A DNA stretch of 13,853 nucleotides from Sulfolobales archaeon (GTDB lineage Archaea; Thermoproteota; Thermoprotei_A; Sulfolobales; NBVN01): positions 1 through 13,853 of the forward strand of contig JAWBTQ010000024.1 of assembly GCA_038841535.1 (NCBI GenBank), given 5' to 3'. Numbering within the stretch: the stretch's first letter is position 1; each line of letters starts with the position of its first letter. The notes under the pieces are model-generated. The model was given only the letters and a program-made list of their open reading frames with translations. It was not told the DNA's origin and did no database searches. The position numbers and the translations under genes were made by a program. Shown in pieces: positions 6,779 through 13,562 of this stretch.

Positions 6779-7597
6779 GTGTGCTGGGGTGTATTAGGTA
6801 AGCTAGTTAGAGTTGACGGCGTTGAGGGTGAAGTAGAAGTCGGTGGAGCTACTATAAGAGCTCTCATTGCAGTAGAGGAGGCTAAACCCGGAGATGTAGT
6901 TCTACTTCACGCTGGAGTAGTCATAGAGAAACTAGATCGAGAAAGTATTCTGGCCAATCTCACCGTGTACTACGACTTAGTTAAATACCACTACACTTTC
7001 AATGGATTAAGCGAGAAGGAGGCTGATACGAAGGCTCGAGAAGACCTTGTTAAGCTAGCTCAAGACCTTGGTGTTTCACCTGAGGAATTACTCAAAGTTA
7101 TGCGAGAGAGTGAGAGAGAGCAAGAAGCTGGGGCGTCTAAGCCGGAAAGTGTGCCAGAGTCGTCTTTTTCTATAGACTACGTAGTTCAACTAGCTGAGAC
7201 AGACTACCTTCAGGTTATGCACTACACTAACTACGTTAGAGTTTGCGAGAGAGCTTTCATGGCCATGCTATCTAGTGCGGGTATTAGTTACAGCAAGCTA
7301 ATACACGAGTACGGTCTATTCATTCCCACAGTTGAAGTTAGTGCGAAAATAAGATCTCCATCGAGGCTCGACAATACCTTGAGGGTTTACGTGTGGTTAG
7401 AGGAGATAGGGAGAAAGCATCTTAAGTATAGGTGCGTAGTGCACAATTTAACCACCGGCCGAGTCGCTGCCGATATAGAGCATGTCGCAGTCTGCACAGA
7501 TACTGCGATTACGTCTAGCCACGAGCTACCAGAAGACATTAAAAAAGCTCTGGGAATGCTTGTTCCGGGTAGTAGCTCGCAGAAGCAGCCTAGATAA
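6779..7597 (+). CDS. Fusion protein: N-terminal HypC/HupF-like hydrogenase-maturation chaperone domain, charged linker, C-terminal 4HBT/YbgC-type hotdog acyl-CoA thioesterase domain
   Basis: 272 aa with a GTG start. The N-terminus is [23 protein letters not shown]...[16 protein letters not shown]. The HypC signature is MC(L/I)(G/A)(V/I)PG(K/Q); Cys2 is kept and Pro6 is replaced by Leu. The C-terminal region is colinear with E. coli YbgC: [26 protein letters not shown] vs [37 protein letters not shown] vs APARLDDMLEI, and EHVAVCTD vs EVLVVCVD. A TATA-like TTATTTA sits at 6739-6745. Confidence 0.8.
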   Translation: [272 protein letters not shown]

Positions 7598-8106
7598 GAT
7601 CTGTGCCTAACCTATCAACCTATGTATAGATAGATATAACGTACTCTCGAGATAAACACCTACTTCATAAACAGTACGACAATTCCTAGAGTTTGCGCCC
7701 TCGCAGGTAAAGACCCTTACTAGGTGAGAGAGAAGTTAGAAGTGATATATAGCGTTGACAGCATCTAATCCTACAGTTCGACCACCTATGAGACAAGAAA
7801 TCGTGAAGTCAATTCCACCATCCCACAGTCTAATACCGGGTTTTACAGTACGTCTTTGTGTTTCTAACTCTTGTTTTCCTTTGAAAGTGTTGCTAAATGA
7901 GGGGAACTTAGGGTGTACACCATTGCAGCGAACTCAAGACCAGTGAAAGGAATGCATATAACTGACGGCATAAACTCATGTAGAGTGGATCTAAGAAAGT
8001 TAAACCACGAATCCCTTAGACTCCCCCCGAACTATAGGGGGTAAGGTAGGATTGACTGTGGAGTTACTTTCTGTAAGGTTTAAGTGCTTTAGAACGCAGT
8101 TATTAG

Positions 8107-8160
8107 ATGGTGATGAGTCCGCCGAACATGATTGATGAAGTAAGGACTCGAGCACTGAGC
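8107..8160 (+). ncRNA. Candidate C/D-box sRNA (atypical spacing)
   Basis: C box GUGAUGA at 8110-8116. An 11-nt spacer is followed by a D'-like AUGA at 8128-8131. C' UUGAUGA is at 8132-8138, then a 16-nt spacer, then D box CUGA at 8155-8158. A TATA-like TTTAAG at 8079-8084 lies about 27 nt upstream of the predicted 5' end. Caveats: D' abuts C' with no loop, the C'-D spacer is longer than the usual ~12 nt, and there is no clear terminal stem. The same bases also form a 38-codon ORF (8107-8223). Confidence 0.3.
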
Positions 8161-8162
8161 GC

Positions 8163-8216
8163 TTTCAGAGAAGAGCGCGCCTATCATCACTCAACAATGG
8201 TCAGTCATCATCTTCT
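8163..8216 (-). ncRNA. Second candidate C/D-box sRNA, convergent with the first (atypical spacing)
   Basis: On the minus strand: C box AUGAUGA at 8211..8205, a D'-like UUGA at 8194..8191, C' GUGAUGA at 8190..8184, a 15-nt spacer, and D box CUGA at 8168..8165. The box-to-box distances nearly match those of the plus-strand candidate. The two D boxes are only 6 nt apart (CTGAgcgcttTCAG). The caveats are the same as for the plus-strand candidate. Confidence 0.25.
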
Positions 8217-8239
8217 TGTTTAAACTTGATTCAGTAAAA

Positions 8240-8246
8240 TTTATAA
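8240..8246 (+). promoter_or_regulatory. TATA box (TTTATAA) with a purine-rich BRE-like AGTAAAA upstream; promoter of the H+-PPase gene
   Basis: TTTATAA at 8240-8246 lies 36-42 nt upstream of the ATG at 8282, which implies a ~10-nt leader. The element is nearly palindromic (TTATAAA on the other strand), so it could also drive the minus-strand C/D-like candidate about 30 nt away. Confidence 0.4.
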
Positions 8247-8281
8247 GCATACTTCTATACCAGCTAAAAAAGGGTTAAAGT

Positions 8282-10330
8282 ATGCTGGCACTAGTGCTGA
8301 GTGCTGTAGCAGGTGGACTGGTACTAGCTTATACAGTACACTTAGCTACGTCCGTCATGAAGTATCCTCCAGGCACTGGACGAGCCGTCGAAATCCATGA
8401 GTTCATTAGAGAGGGTGCCAGCGCTTACTTGAGAAGACAGTATGGAGTGATAGCGTTAATATCGGTAGCACTTGCGGTATCTATCTTCACTGTAAACTTG
8501 TTCTCCGGGAGGTCAACACCCTGGAGACCCCCCCTCGTTTTCCTTCTTGGTACTGCTTCCTCTATGATTGCTGGCTACTTCGGTATGTCTGTAGCTACTA
8601 GAGCGAATGTCAGAACAGTTAACGCAGCCGTTAAGAAGGGTTTGAAAGATGCCTTCGCTCTAGCCTTTAAGGGAGGGCTCGTTATGGGGTTAACTGTAGC
8701 AGGTTTAGGGACTCTCGCCATCGCAGTACTCTCCCTGATATTCGGACTAACTGAGGACACCGTTAGAGACCTAGTGTACTATGCTTTCGGTGCTTCAGCT
8801 GTAGCTCTGTTCGCTCGAGTAGGTGGTGGAATATATACGAAAGCTGCTGACATAGGTGCTGACCTTGTAGGTAAGGTTGAAGTAGGTATACCGGAGGACG
8901 ACCCGAGGAACCCCGGTGTCATAGCGGATAACGTTGGAGATAACGTTGGAGACGTGGCGGGGATGGGTGCTGACCTATTCGAGTCTTACGTAGAGGCTAT
9001 AGTTTCTACTATGGTCATAGCTCTAGCGCTAAGTATAGTCAGTTGGTACAACTTCGCTATATTACCTATATCGGTTTCGGTAGCCGGGCTTCTGGCTTCT
9101 GCTGCGTCTGTTGCCATAGTCCTTCTCGGGAGAGTTAAGGACCCAGCGCAAACCTTAACACTCTCCAGTCTCGCTTCAGCGGTTATCGTCGCAGCGATCA
9201 GCTACTTCGTGTCTACACACCTCTTAGGTGGGGACCTCGGTGTTAGAGCGTGGGTTGCTGTCGTTGCCGGTCTAGCTACAGGCGTCATGGTTGGATTCAC
9301 AAGTGATTACTTCACGAGGAAGGGGCTTCCACCTACTATTAAAGTGGCACAAATGTCTCAAATGGGTCCAGCTCTAACGATACTCTCTGGAATGTCTTAC
9401 GGGTTCGTAAGTGTCGTGATTCCAGCAGTCTGCATAGCATTAGCCGCTCTCGTTGCGTACTACCTCATGGCTTCCTTCGGAGGCTTTTGGTATGGAATCT
9501 ACGGTGTGTCACTAGCGGCAGTCGGCATGCTGTCTCTAACTGGGTTCGTGGTTGGTGCCGACGCCTATGGCCCTATTACCGATAATGCCGCAGGATTAGC
9601 TGAGCAGGCTGGTTTCGGCGAGGATGTTAGGTCTGTAGCAGACCTCTTAGACTCTGCCGGTAACACCATGAAGTCTATCTCGAAGGGTTACGCTATAGGT
9701 TCCGCAGCTCTAACGGCTCTAGCTCTACTAGCAGCCTACATAAGTGTGTTACCTAGAGTTGACATGAGTCAGCTGAGCTTACTTAACCCAACCGTGATGT
9801 CCGGTATCTTCATAGGTACGGCTATCCCGGCTCTATTCACGTCAATAGTCATTAGAGCGGTTAGTGACTCTGCTTTCGAGCTAATATTCGAGATCAGGAG
9901 GCAGCTAAAAGAGAAACCCGGGATACTGGAGTTTAAGGAGAAGCCCGACTACGGCAGGGCCGTAGACGTCGTGACTAAGTACGCTATCAAAAGACTGGTA
10001 GTGCCGGGTCTGCTTGCTATAATAGTACCTCTCGTAGTAGGACTAACTCTAGGTCCATACGCGCTTGCTGGAACACTGGCTGGAGCTATAGTATCGGGAC
10101 TACTACTGGGCTTATTCCAAGGCAACGTAGGCAATACGTGGGATAACGCCAAGAAGTACATAGAGGAAGGACACTTCGGAGGTAAGGGAAGTGAGGCACA
10201 TAAAGCAGCAGTTATCGGCGATACGGTTGGCGACCCCTTAAAGGACGCGGCTGGACCATCGCTAAACATCTTGATAAAGCTTATGAGCATAGTTGCTCTA
10301 GCTTTTGCTCCAATATTTGCGGCCCTATAG
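8282..10330 (+). CDS. hppA: Membrane-bound proton-translocating inorganic pyrophosphatase (M-PPase / V-type H+-PPase), probably of the K+-independent subfamily
   Basis: 682 aa and highly hydrophobic. It carries the canonical M-PPase motifs [63 protein letters not shown] and [28 protein letters not shown] (Lys464, codon 9671-9673) occupies the Ala/Lys position that discriminates K+-dependent from K+-independent enzymes. Confidence 0.95.
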   Translation: MLALVLSAVAGGLVLAYTVHLATSVMKYPPGTGRAVEIHEFIREGASAYLRRQYGVIALISVALAVSIFTVNLFSGRSTPWRPPLVFLLGTASSMIAGYFGMSVATRANVRTVNAAVKKGLKDAFALAFKGGLVMGLTVAGLGTLAIAVLSLIFGLTEDTVRDLVYYAFGASAVALFARVGGGIYTKAADIGADLVGKVEVGIPEDDPRNPGVIADNVGDNVGDVAGMGADLFESYVEAIVSTMVIALALSIVSWYNFAILPISVSVAGLLASAASVAIVLLGRVKDPAQTLTLSSLASAVIVAAISYFVSTHLLGGDLGVRAWVAVVAGLATGVMVGFTSDYFTRKGLPPTIKVAQMSQMGPALTILSGMSYGFVSVVIPAVCIALAALVAYYLMASFGGFWYGIYGVSLAAVGMLSLTGFVVGADAYGPITDNAAGLAEQAGFGEDVRSVADLLDSAGNTMKSISKGYAIGSAALTALALLAAYISVLPRVDMSQLSLLNPTVMSGIFIGTAIPALFTSIVIRAVSDSAFELIFEIRRQLKEKPGILEFKEKPDYGRAVDVVTKYAIKRLVVPGLLAIIVPLVVGLTLGPYALAGTLAGAIVSGLLLGLFQGNVGNTWDNAKKYIEEGHFGGKGSEAHKAAVIGDTVGDPLKDAAGPSLNILIKLMSIVALAFAPIFAAL

Positions 10331-10334
10331 CTCG

Positions 10335-10339
10335 TTTTT
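10335..10339 (+). terminator. Oligo-T tract (TTTTT) immediately after the hppA stop; candidate archaeal terminator
   Basis: The sequence reads TAGctcgTTTTTct, with the tract starting 5 nt after the stop codon at 10328-10330. Confidence 0.35.
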
Positions 10340-10508
10340 CTCCACTAAATATCCGCAAACACCATCTCGCGCTCTCATAGCTCGCAATCTCCTCAGTCCA
10401 TAGTACTATCAGCGAGTACGTTAGCTACCGAATTGAAGTCGAAGCTCTTTTCTACTCTAAGCGTAGGACGAAGATCGTATGTCTGCTTTAAGTGTTTCTG
10501 GGAAGTGC

Positions 10509-10514
10509 TTATAA
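10509..10514 (+). promoter_or_regulatory. TATA-like TTATAA about 24-29 nt upstream of the ATG at 10538
   Basis: The sequence gtgcTTATAAgctttagactacatcttgaattgATGATG has spacing that fits a leaderless transcript starting at or near 10538. Confidence 0.3.
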
Positions 10515-10537
10515 GCTTTAGACTACATCTTGAATTG

Positions 10538-10816
10538 ATGATGAGCTCAGCCTATAGAGCCGCTTCCAGCAACGACGCGGAAGTATTCGCTAAGTACCTA
10601 CTAAGTGAAAACCTTGATTTACGATCTCCATGGTCTGCGGGATACTCGAAAACCTTCGAATACGGTAGACTAACCAGAAGTAGTGACTATCTTGGAACAA
10701 GAGTTAAACTAGCTAGAGAGCTTCGACGCCCCGCATCTCTAATGCTGTCAGCTCGATCCATAGAGATAAAAGAACCTGGAGTAGTAGATGGTAAAAATGA
10801 AGTACTACCTTATTAA
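10538..10816 (+). CDS. Hypothetical small protein (92 aa from the ATG at 10538; the track's longest version starts at TTG 10433). No recognisable family and uncertain whether it is real.
   Basis: This is the only ORF in the 457-bp gap between hppA and thiI. A TATA-like box sits at leaderless distance, and Arg codon use (mostly AGA) resembles neighbouring genes. Against it: I see no recognisable motifs, the composition is Ser/Arg/Leu-rich, and it would overlap the thiI start by 20-29 nt. Confidence 0.3.
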   Translation: MMSSAYRAASSNDAEVFAKYLLSENLDLRSPWSAGYSKTFEYGRLTRSSDYLGTRVKLARELRRPASLMLSARSIEIKEPGVVDGKNEVLPY

Positions 10817-12248
10817 GGAATCTCCTGAAATACCCCTAAAGTCCTGGAGGACTCGACCGAAGTTCGAAAAGGCTCTACTTAGAGCTATCGAGCAGGCTTT
10901 AAAGAACTCTGAAGCTAAGTACACGCTAAAGTATTCCCAAGGAGTATTCTTTCTAGAGGTAGACCGCGACGTAGGCAGACCCTTAACTAGGGTGTTCGGA
11001 GTACACGATGTATGCGAGGTAGTTCCGTATAGGTTCAACTCCATAGAGGACATAGCCAGCAGGGCGGAAGACTTCTTTAAGGATACTGTAGCTAACAAGA
11101 AGTTTGCGGTTAGAGTTAAGAGGTATGGAAACCACTCTTTCACGTCCATGGATGTAGCGAGAGCAGTTGGGTCTAAGCTTCTTAAGTACTCCTCCGGTGT
11201 TGACTTGAAGTCCCCGGACGTCGAGGTCAAGATCGAGATACGAGAAGAGTTTGCTTACTACGTACTAAGCTGCTGGAAGGGTATGGGGGGACTACCCGTG
11301 GGTACAGAGGGTAGAGCATTGGTTATGTTCTCTGGAGGCTTCGACTCCTCGCTAGCCTACGTGCTAAGCTCTAAGAGAGGAATTCAAGCTGACTTCCTGC
11401 ACTACTACATGGGCTCAGCCGAGGCCACAGCTTCGGCAATCGAGGTCGCGAAAAAGCTAGCGGAATTGTCTTTACCTTACGAGCCGTCACTGACCGTGGT
11501 AAACTTCGTTCCCATACTATCCGAGATCCGGGAGAAAGTTTCTAGCAGGCTCAGGCAGGTAGTACTTAGAGTCGTTATGCACGAGGTCGGTCAAGCTCTA
11601 GCTGAGAGATACGGATACGATGCCTTAATCACCGGGGAGTCTATAGGGCAAACATCTTCGCAGACCCTCAAGAACATTAAAGTTGTAGACTACTTTGTGA
11701 GGCCTAGAGTAGCTCTACTTAGACCTCTATCAGGAGCGGATAAGGAGGAGATAGTTAATAGAGTGAGAGAGATAGGTTTATACGACTACGTCGTTAAAGT
11801 AGAGGAAGTATGTCGGCTGTCTGAGGGGCCAGTTGAAACGAAAGCCAGAATAGAGGACGTAGAAGCAGCTTTAGCTCTATTGAGTAAGGATACTATAGAG
11901 GGAGTAGTGCAGAACGCTAAGACCTACAGAGTAGTTGACGCAGTACCGAGCACTATTTTAAGAGAGATCGGTGCCGACATCGAGGTCGATGAGGTACCTG
12001 AAGGATGGATTCTCGTAGACATAAGAAGTAAGGAAAGGTTCGACTACGAGCATATCCCGGGAGCGATCCACGTATCCGAGCTGAGAGAGGTACCAGATTC
12101 TCCAGTAGTTCTATACTGTGATTACGGGTCAGCTAGCCTGTTGTCAGCGATCGAGATGAGGAAGGCCGGTGTTAAAGCGTACAGCCTTCGAGGAGGCTTC
12201 ATAGGTTATAGGAAGAGAAGTAGAAAGATAGAGTGCGAGAAAGCTTAA
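10797..12248 (+). CDS. thiI: tRNA 4-thiouridine / thiamine-pathway sulfurtransferase ThiI (ferredoxin-like + THUMP + PP-loop ATPase + C-terminal rhodanese domain)
   Basis: From ATG 10797 the protein starts MKYYLIKESPEIPLKSWRTR, colinear with E. coli ThiI MKFIIKLFPEITIKSQSVR. The longest ORF starts 9 nt earlier, at 10788. Supporting motifs are the THUMP region FAVRVKRYGNHSFTS, the PP-loop LVMFSGGFDSSLA, ITGESIGQTSSQTL, LRPLSGADKEEI, a single Cys in VCRLSEGPVETKA (equivalent to E. coli C344), and the rhodanese active-site loop VVLYCDYGSAS...RGG. Confidence 0.9.
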   Translation: MKYYLIKESPEIPLKSWRTRPKFEKALLRAIEQALKNSEAKYTLKYSQGVFFLEVDRDVGRPLTRVFGVHDVCEVVPYRFNSIEDIASRAEDFFKDTVANKKFAVRVKRYGNHSFTSMDVARAVGSKLLKYSSGVDLKSPDVEVKIEIREEFAYYVLSCWKGMGGLPVGTEGRALVMFSGGFDSSLAYVLSSKRGIQADFLHYYMGSAEATASAIEVAKKLAELSLPYEPSLTVVNFVPILSEIREKVSSRLRQVVLRVVMHEVGQALAERYGYDALITGESIGQTSSQTLKNIKVVDYFVRPRVALLRPLSGADKEEIVNRVREIGLYDYVVKVEEVCRLSEGPVETKARIEDVEAALALLSKDTIEGVVQNAKTYRVVDAVPSTILREIGADIEVDEVPEGWILVDIRSKERFDYEHIPGAIHVSELREVPDSPVVLYCDYGSASLLSAIEMRKAGVKAYSLRGGFIGYRKRSRKIECEKA

Positions 12249-13510
12249 ACCTCTATCTCGATGGTGCTCCCGGTTTTAGGTACGTATACGTCGTAGTACT
12301 GCTTGAGTTCTTCATATAGGGTGTAAGCTTGTTCACCAGTGTGTACTATAACCACAGCCTTTAAGTCCTTAAACGACTTGACTATCTCTAAGAGTCCACT
12401 GAAGCCAGCGTGACTCGAGAAGTCAAACCACTCTACTCTCGCTCTTAACGGACCTAGCTCCTCTAGAAACCCGTTCTCCAGGATCTTCCGCCCGGGAGTT
12501 GAAGGTGCTTGATAAGATACTAAGAAGACAGCGTTTCTAGGGTTATCGTACATCTTCTTCAGGTAGTACACCGACGGACCTCCTTTAAGCATTCCAGCTG
12601 ATGCGACTATTACGTTCCCCTCACTCTTTACGATCTTCCTTCTTTGACTAGCTGACTTAACTTCCTCGAACTCTTTCGTTGCTCTGAGGAGTAGCTCGTA
12701 GTTGTTAATGTACTCCGGGTAGCTCACCAGTATACTGTTCAGCAATCTAACCATACCATCGTAATATACTCTACCCTCGCTAAACTTCTCATACAGTAGC
12801 GAGAGGATCTCCTGCGCTCTACCAAGGCTGAAGCAGGGCACTAGAGCGCTCCCCCCGCTTCCAACCACTTCTTTTACTGCCTCTATGAACTCCTTCTCGA
12901 CCACGTCTCTACTGGGGTGGTCTACGTCCGCATACGTTCCCTCGATTATCAGTATATCGGCTCTAGCACCCCCTCGGTCGTACCCCTTGACAAGCCTCGT
13001 GTCTATAGTGTTAACATCACCTGTGTAAGCTATCCTAGTAGAATCCAGCTCTGCTACGTACGTCTGACTCCCCGGTATGTGCCCTGAGTTCAGACTCTTG
13101 AGTGTTAGACCACCGAGCTCTACCTCTTCACCGAGCTCTAAGTAGCGCAAGTTCTCTACTGCTCTATACCAGTCGCTTTCATCGAATGGGAGGTAGTAGC
13201 CGGATATCTTAATGAAGTCCTTGATCAGTACCTCAGAAACAGCTTTCGTAAGTCTGTTCATGACTAAGACTGGGTGGGAGCTAGTAGTATAGAGGTATGG
13301 AACCGCGCCAACGTGGTCTAAGTGAGCATGAGTCACTACGATAACGTCTATATCAGACGGCCTGATGTGCTCTGGGAGCTGAGGTGTGTCGTCTTCCGCA
13401 AAGTTCACTCCGTAATCCATCAGCAGAGTTCTCCCTTCAACAGAAGCTGAAATAGCTGTTCGCCCAACTTCCAGCCCTCCACCGAGTATTCTGATTTCAA
13501 CTCTCCCCAT
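12245..13510 (-). CDS. Metallo-beta-lactamase / beta-CASP ribonuclease, aCPSF2-type (no N-terminal KH domains)
   Basis: 421 aa. The N-terminus is ILGGGLEVGRTAI. MBL motifs are present: LLMDYG (motif 1), VVTHAHLDHVGAVP (HxHxDH), SGHIPGS and YTGDVN. Beta-CASP-like acidic and His motifs are also present (LIIEGTYAD, FSSHAG, VIVHTGE). The ~420-aa length fits the KH-less archaeal aCPSF2 group, which is the beta-CASP class present in Crenarchaeota alongside aCPSF1. Confidence 0.85.
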   Translation of the reverse strand: MGRVEIRILGGGLEVGRTAISASVEGRTLLMDYGVNFAEDDTPQLPEHIRPSDIDVIVVTHAHLDHVGAVPYLYTTSSHPVLVMNRLTKAVSEVLIKDFIKISGYYLPFDESDWYRAVENLRYLELGEEVELGGLTLKSLNSGHIPGSQTYVAELDSTRIAYTGDVNTIDTRLVKGYDRGGARADILIIEGTYADVDHPSRDVVEKEFIEAVKEVVGSGGSALVPCFSLGRAQEILSLLYEKFSEGRVYYDGMVRLLNSILVSYPEYINNYELLLRATKEFEEVKSASQRRKIVKSEGNVIVASAGMLKGGPSVYYLKKMYDNPRNAVFLVSYQAPSTPGRKILENGFLEELGPLRARVEWFDFSSHAGFSGLLEIVKSFKDLKAVVIVHTGEQAYTLYEELKQYYDVYVPKTGSTIEIEV

Positions 13511-13522
13511 CCTCTACTCCTG

Positions 13523-13547
13523 TTTTTATATCCTTCTAGTATATTAA
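13523..13547. promoter_or_regulatory. Divergent, interleaved TATA-like boxes between the aCPSF2 and nac genes
   Basis: TTTTTATAT at 13523-13531 lies ~32-40 nt upstream of the nac ATG at 13563. The minus-strand reading TTAATATAC at 13547..13539 lies ~30-37 nt upstream of the aCPSF2 ATG at 13510. Each gene therefore appears to use the box distal to it within a 52-bp intergenic region. Confidence 0.35.
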
Positions 13548-13562
13548 GCTCGGGACAGGAAT

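Noticed and set aside
7765-7795. GTTCGA T-loop-like sequence (7776-7781), checked as a possible tRNA
   Set aside because: The flanking bases cannot form a T-stem, and no acceptor or anticodon arms are apparent. The region is also not GC-rich, as structured RNAs of thermophiles usually are.
7755-7946. Track ORF 7755..7946 (+), 63 aa with a TTG start
   Set aside because: It has a non-ATG start, a Pro/Ser/Cys-rich composition unlike the neighbouring proteins, no TATA-like box at an appropriate distance, and no recognisable motif. I treat it as non-coding within the long gap.
8931-8954. Perfect 12-nt tandem duplication GATAACGTTGGA x2
   Set aside because: It encodes the universally conserved DNVGDNVGD motif of M-PPases. 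The repeat follows from the repeated peptide and identical codon choice, so it is not an independent DNA-level element.
8575-10290. Track ORFs 8575..8760 (-) and 9949..10290 (-)
   Set aside because: They are antisense to the H+-PPase gene. Their Pro/Ser/Ala/Thr-rich sequences are typical of the reverse frame of a Gly/Ala/Val-rich membrane protein.
10531-10544. TTGATGATGA, a C-box-like motif in the hppA-thiI spacer
   Set aside because: There is no CUGA D box or second box pair within sRNA range downstream. The motif simply coincides with the ATG-ATG start of the small ORF.
10805-11230. Track ORF 10805..11230 (-), 141 aa
   Set aside because: It is antisense to the N-terminal and THUMP region of thiI, which aligns residue-for-residue with E. 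coli ThiI. Shadow ORF.
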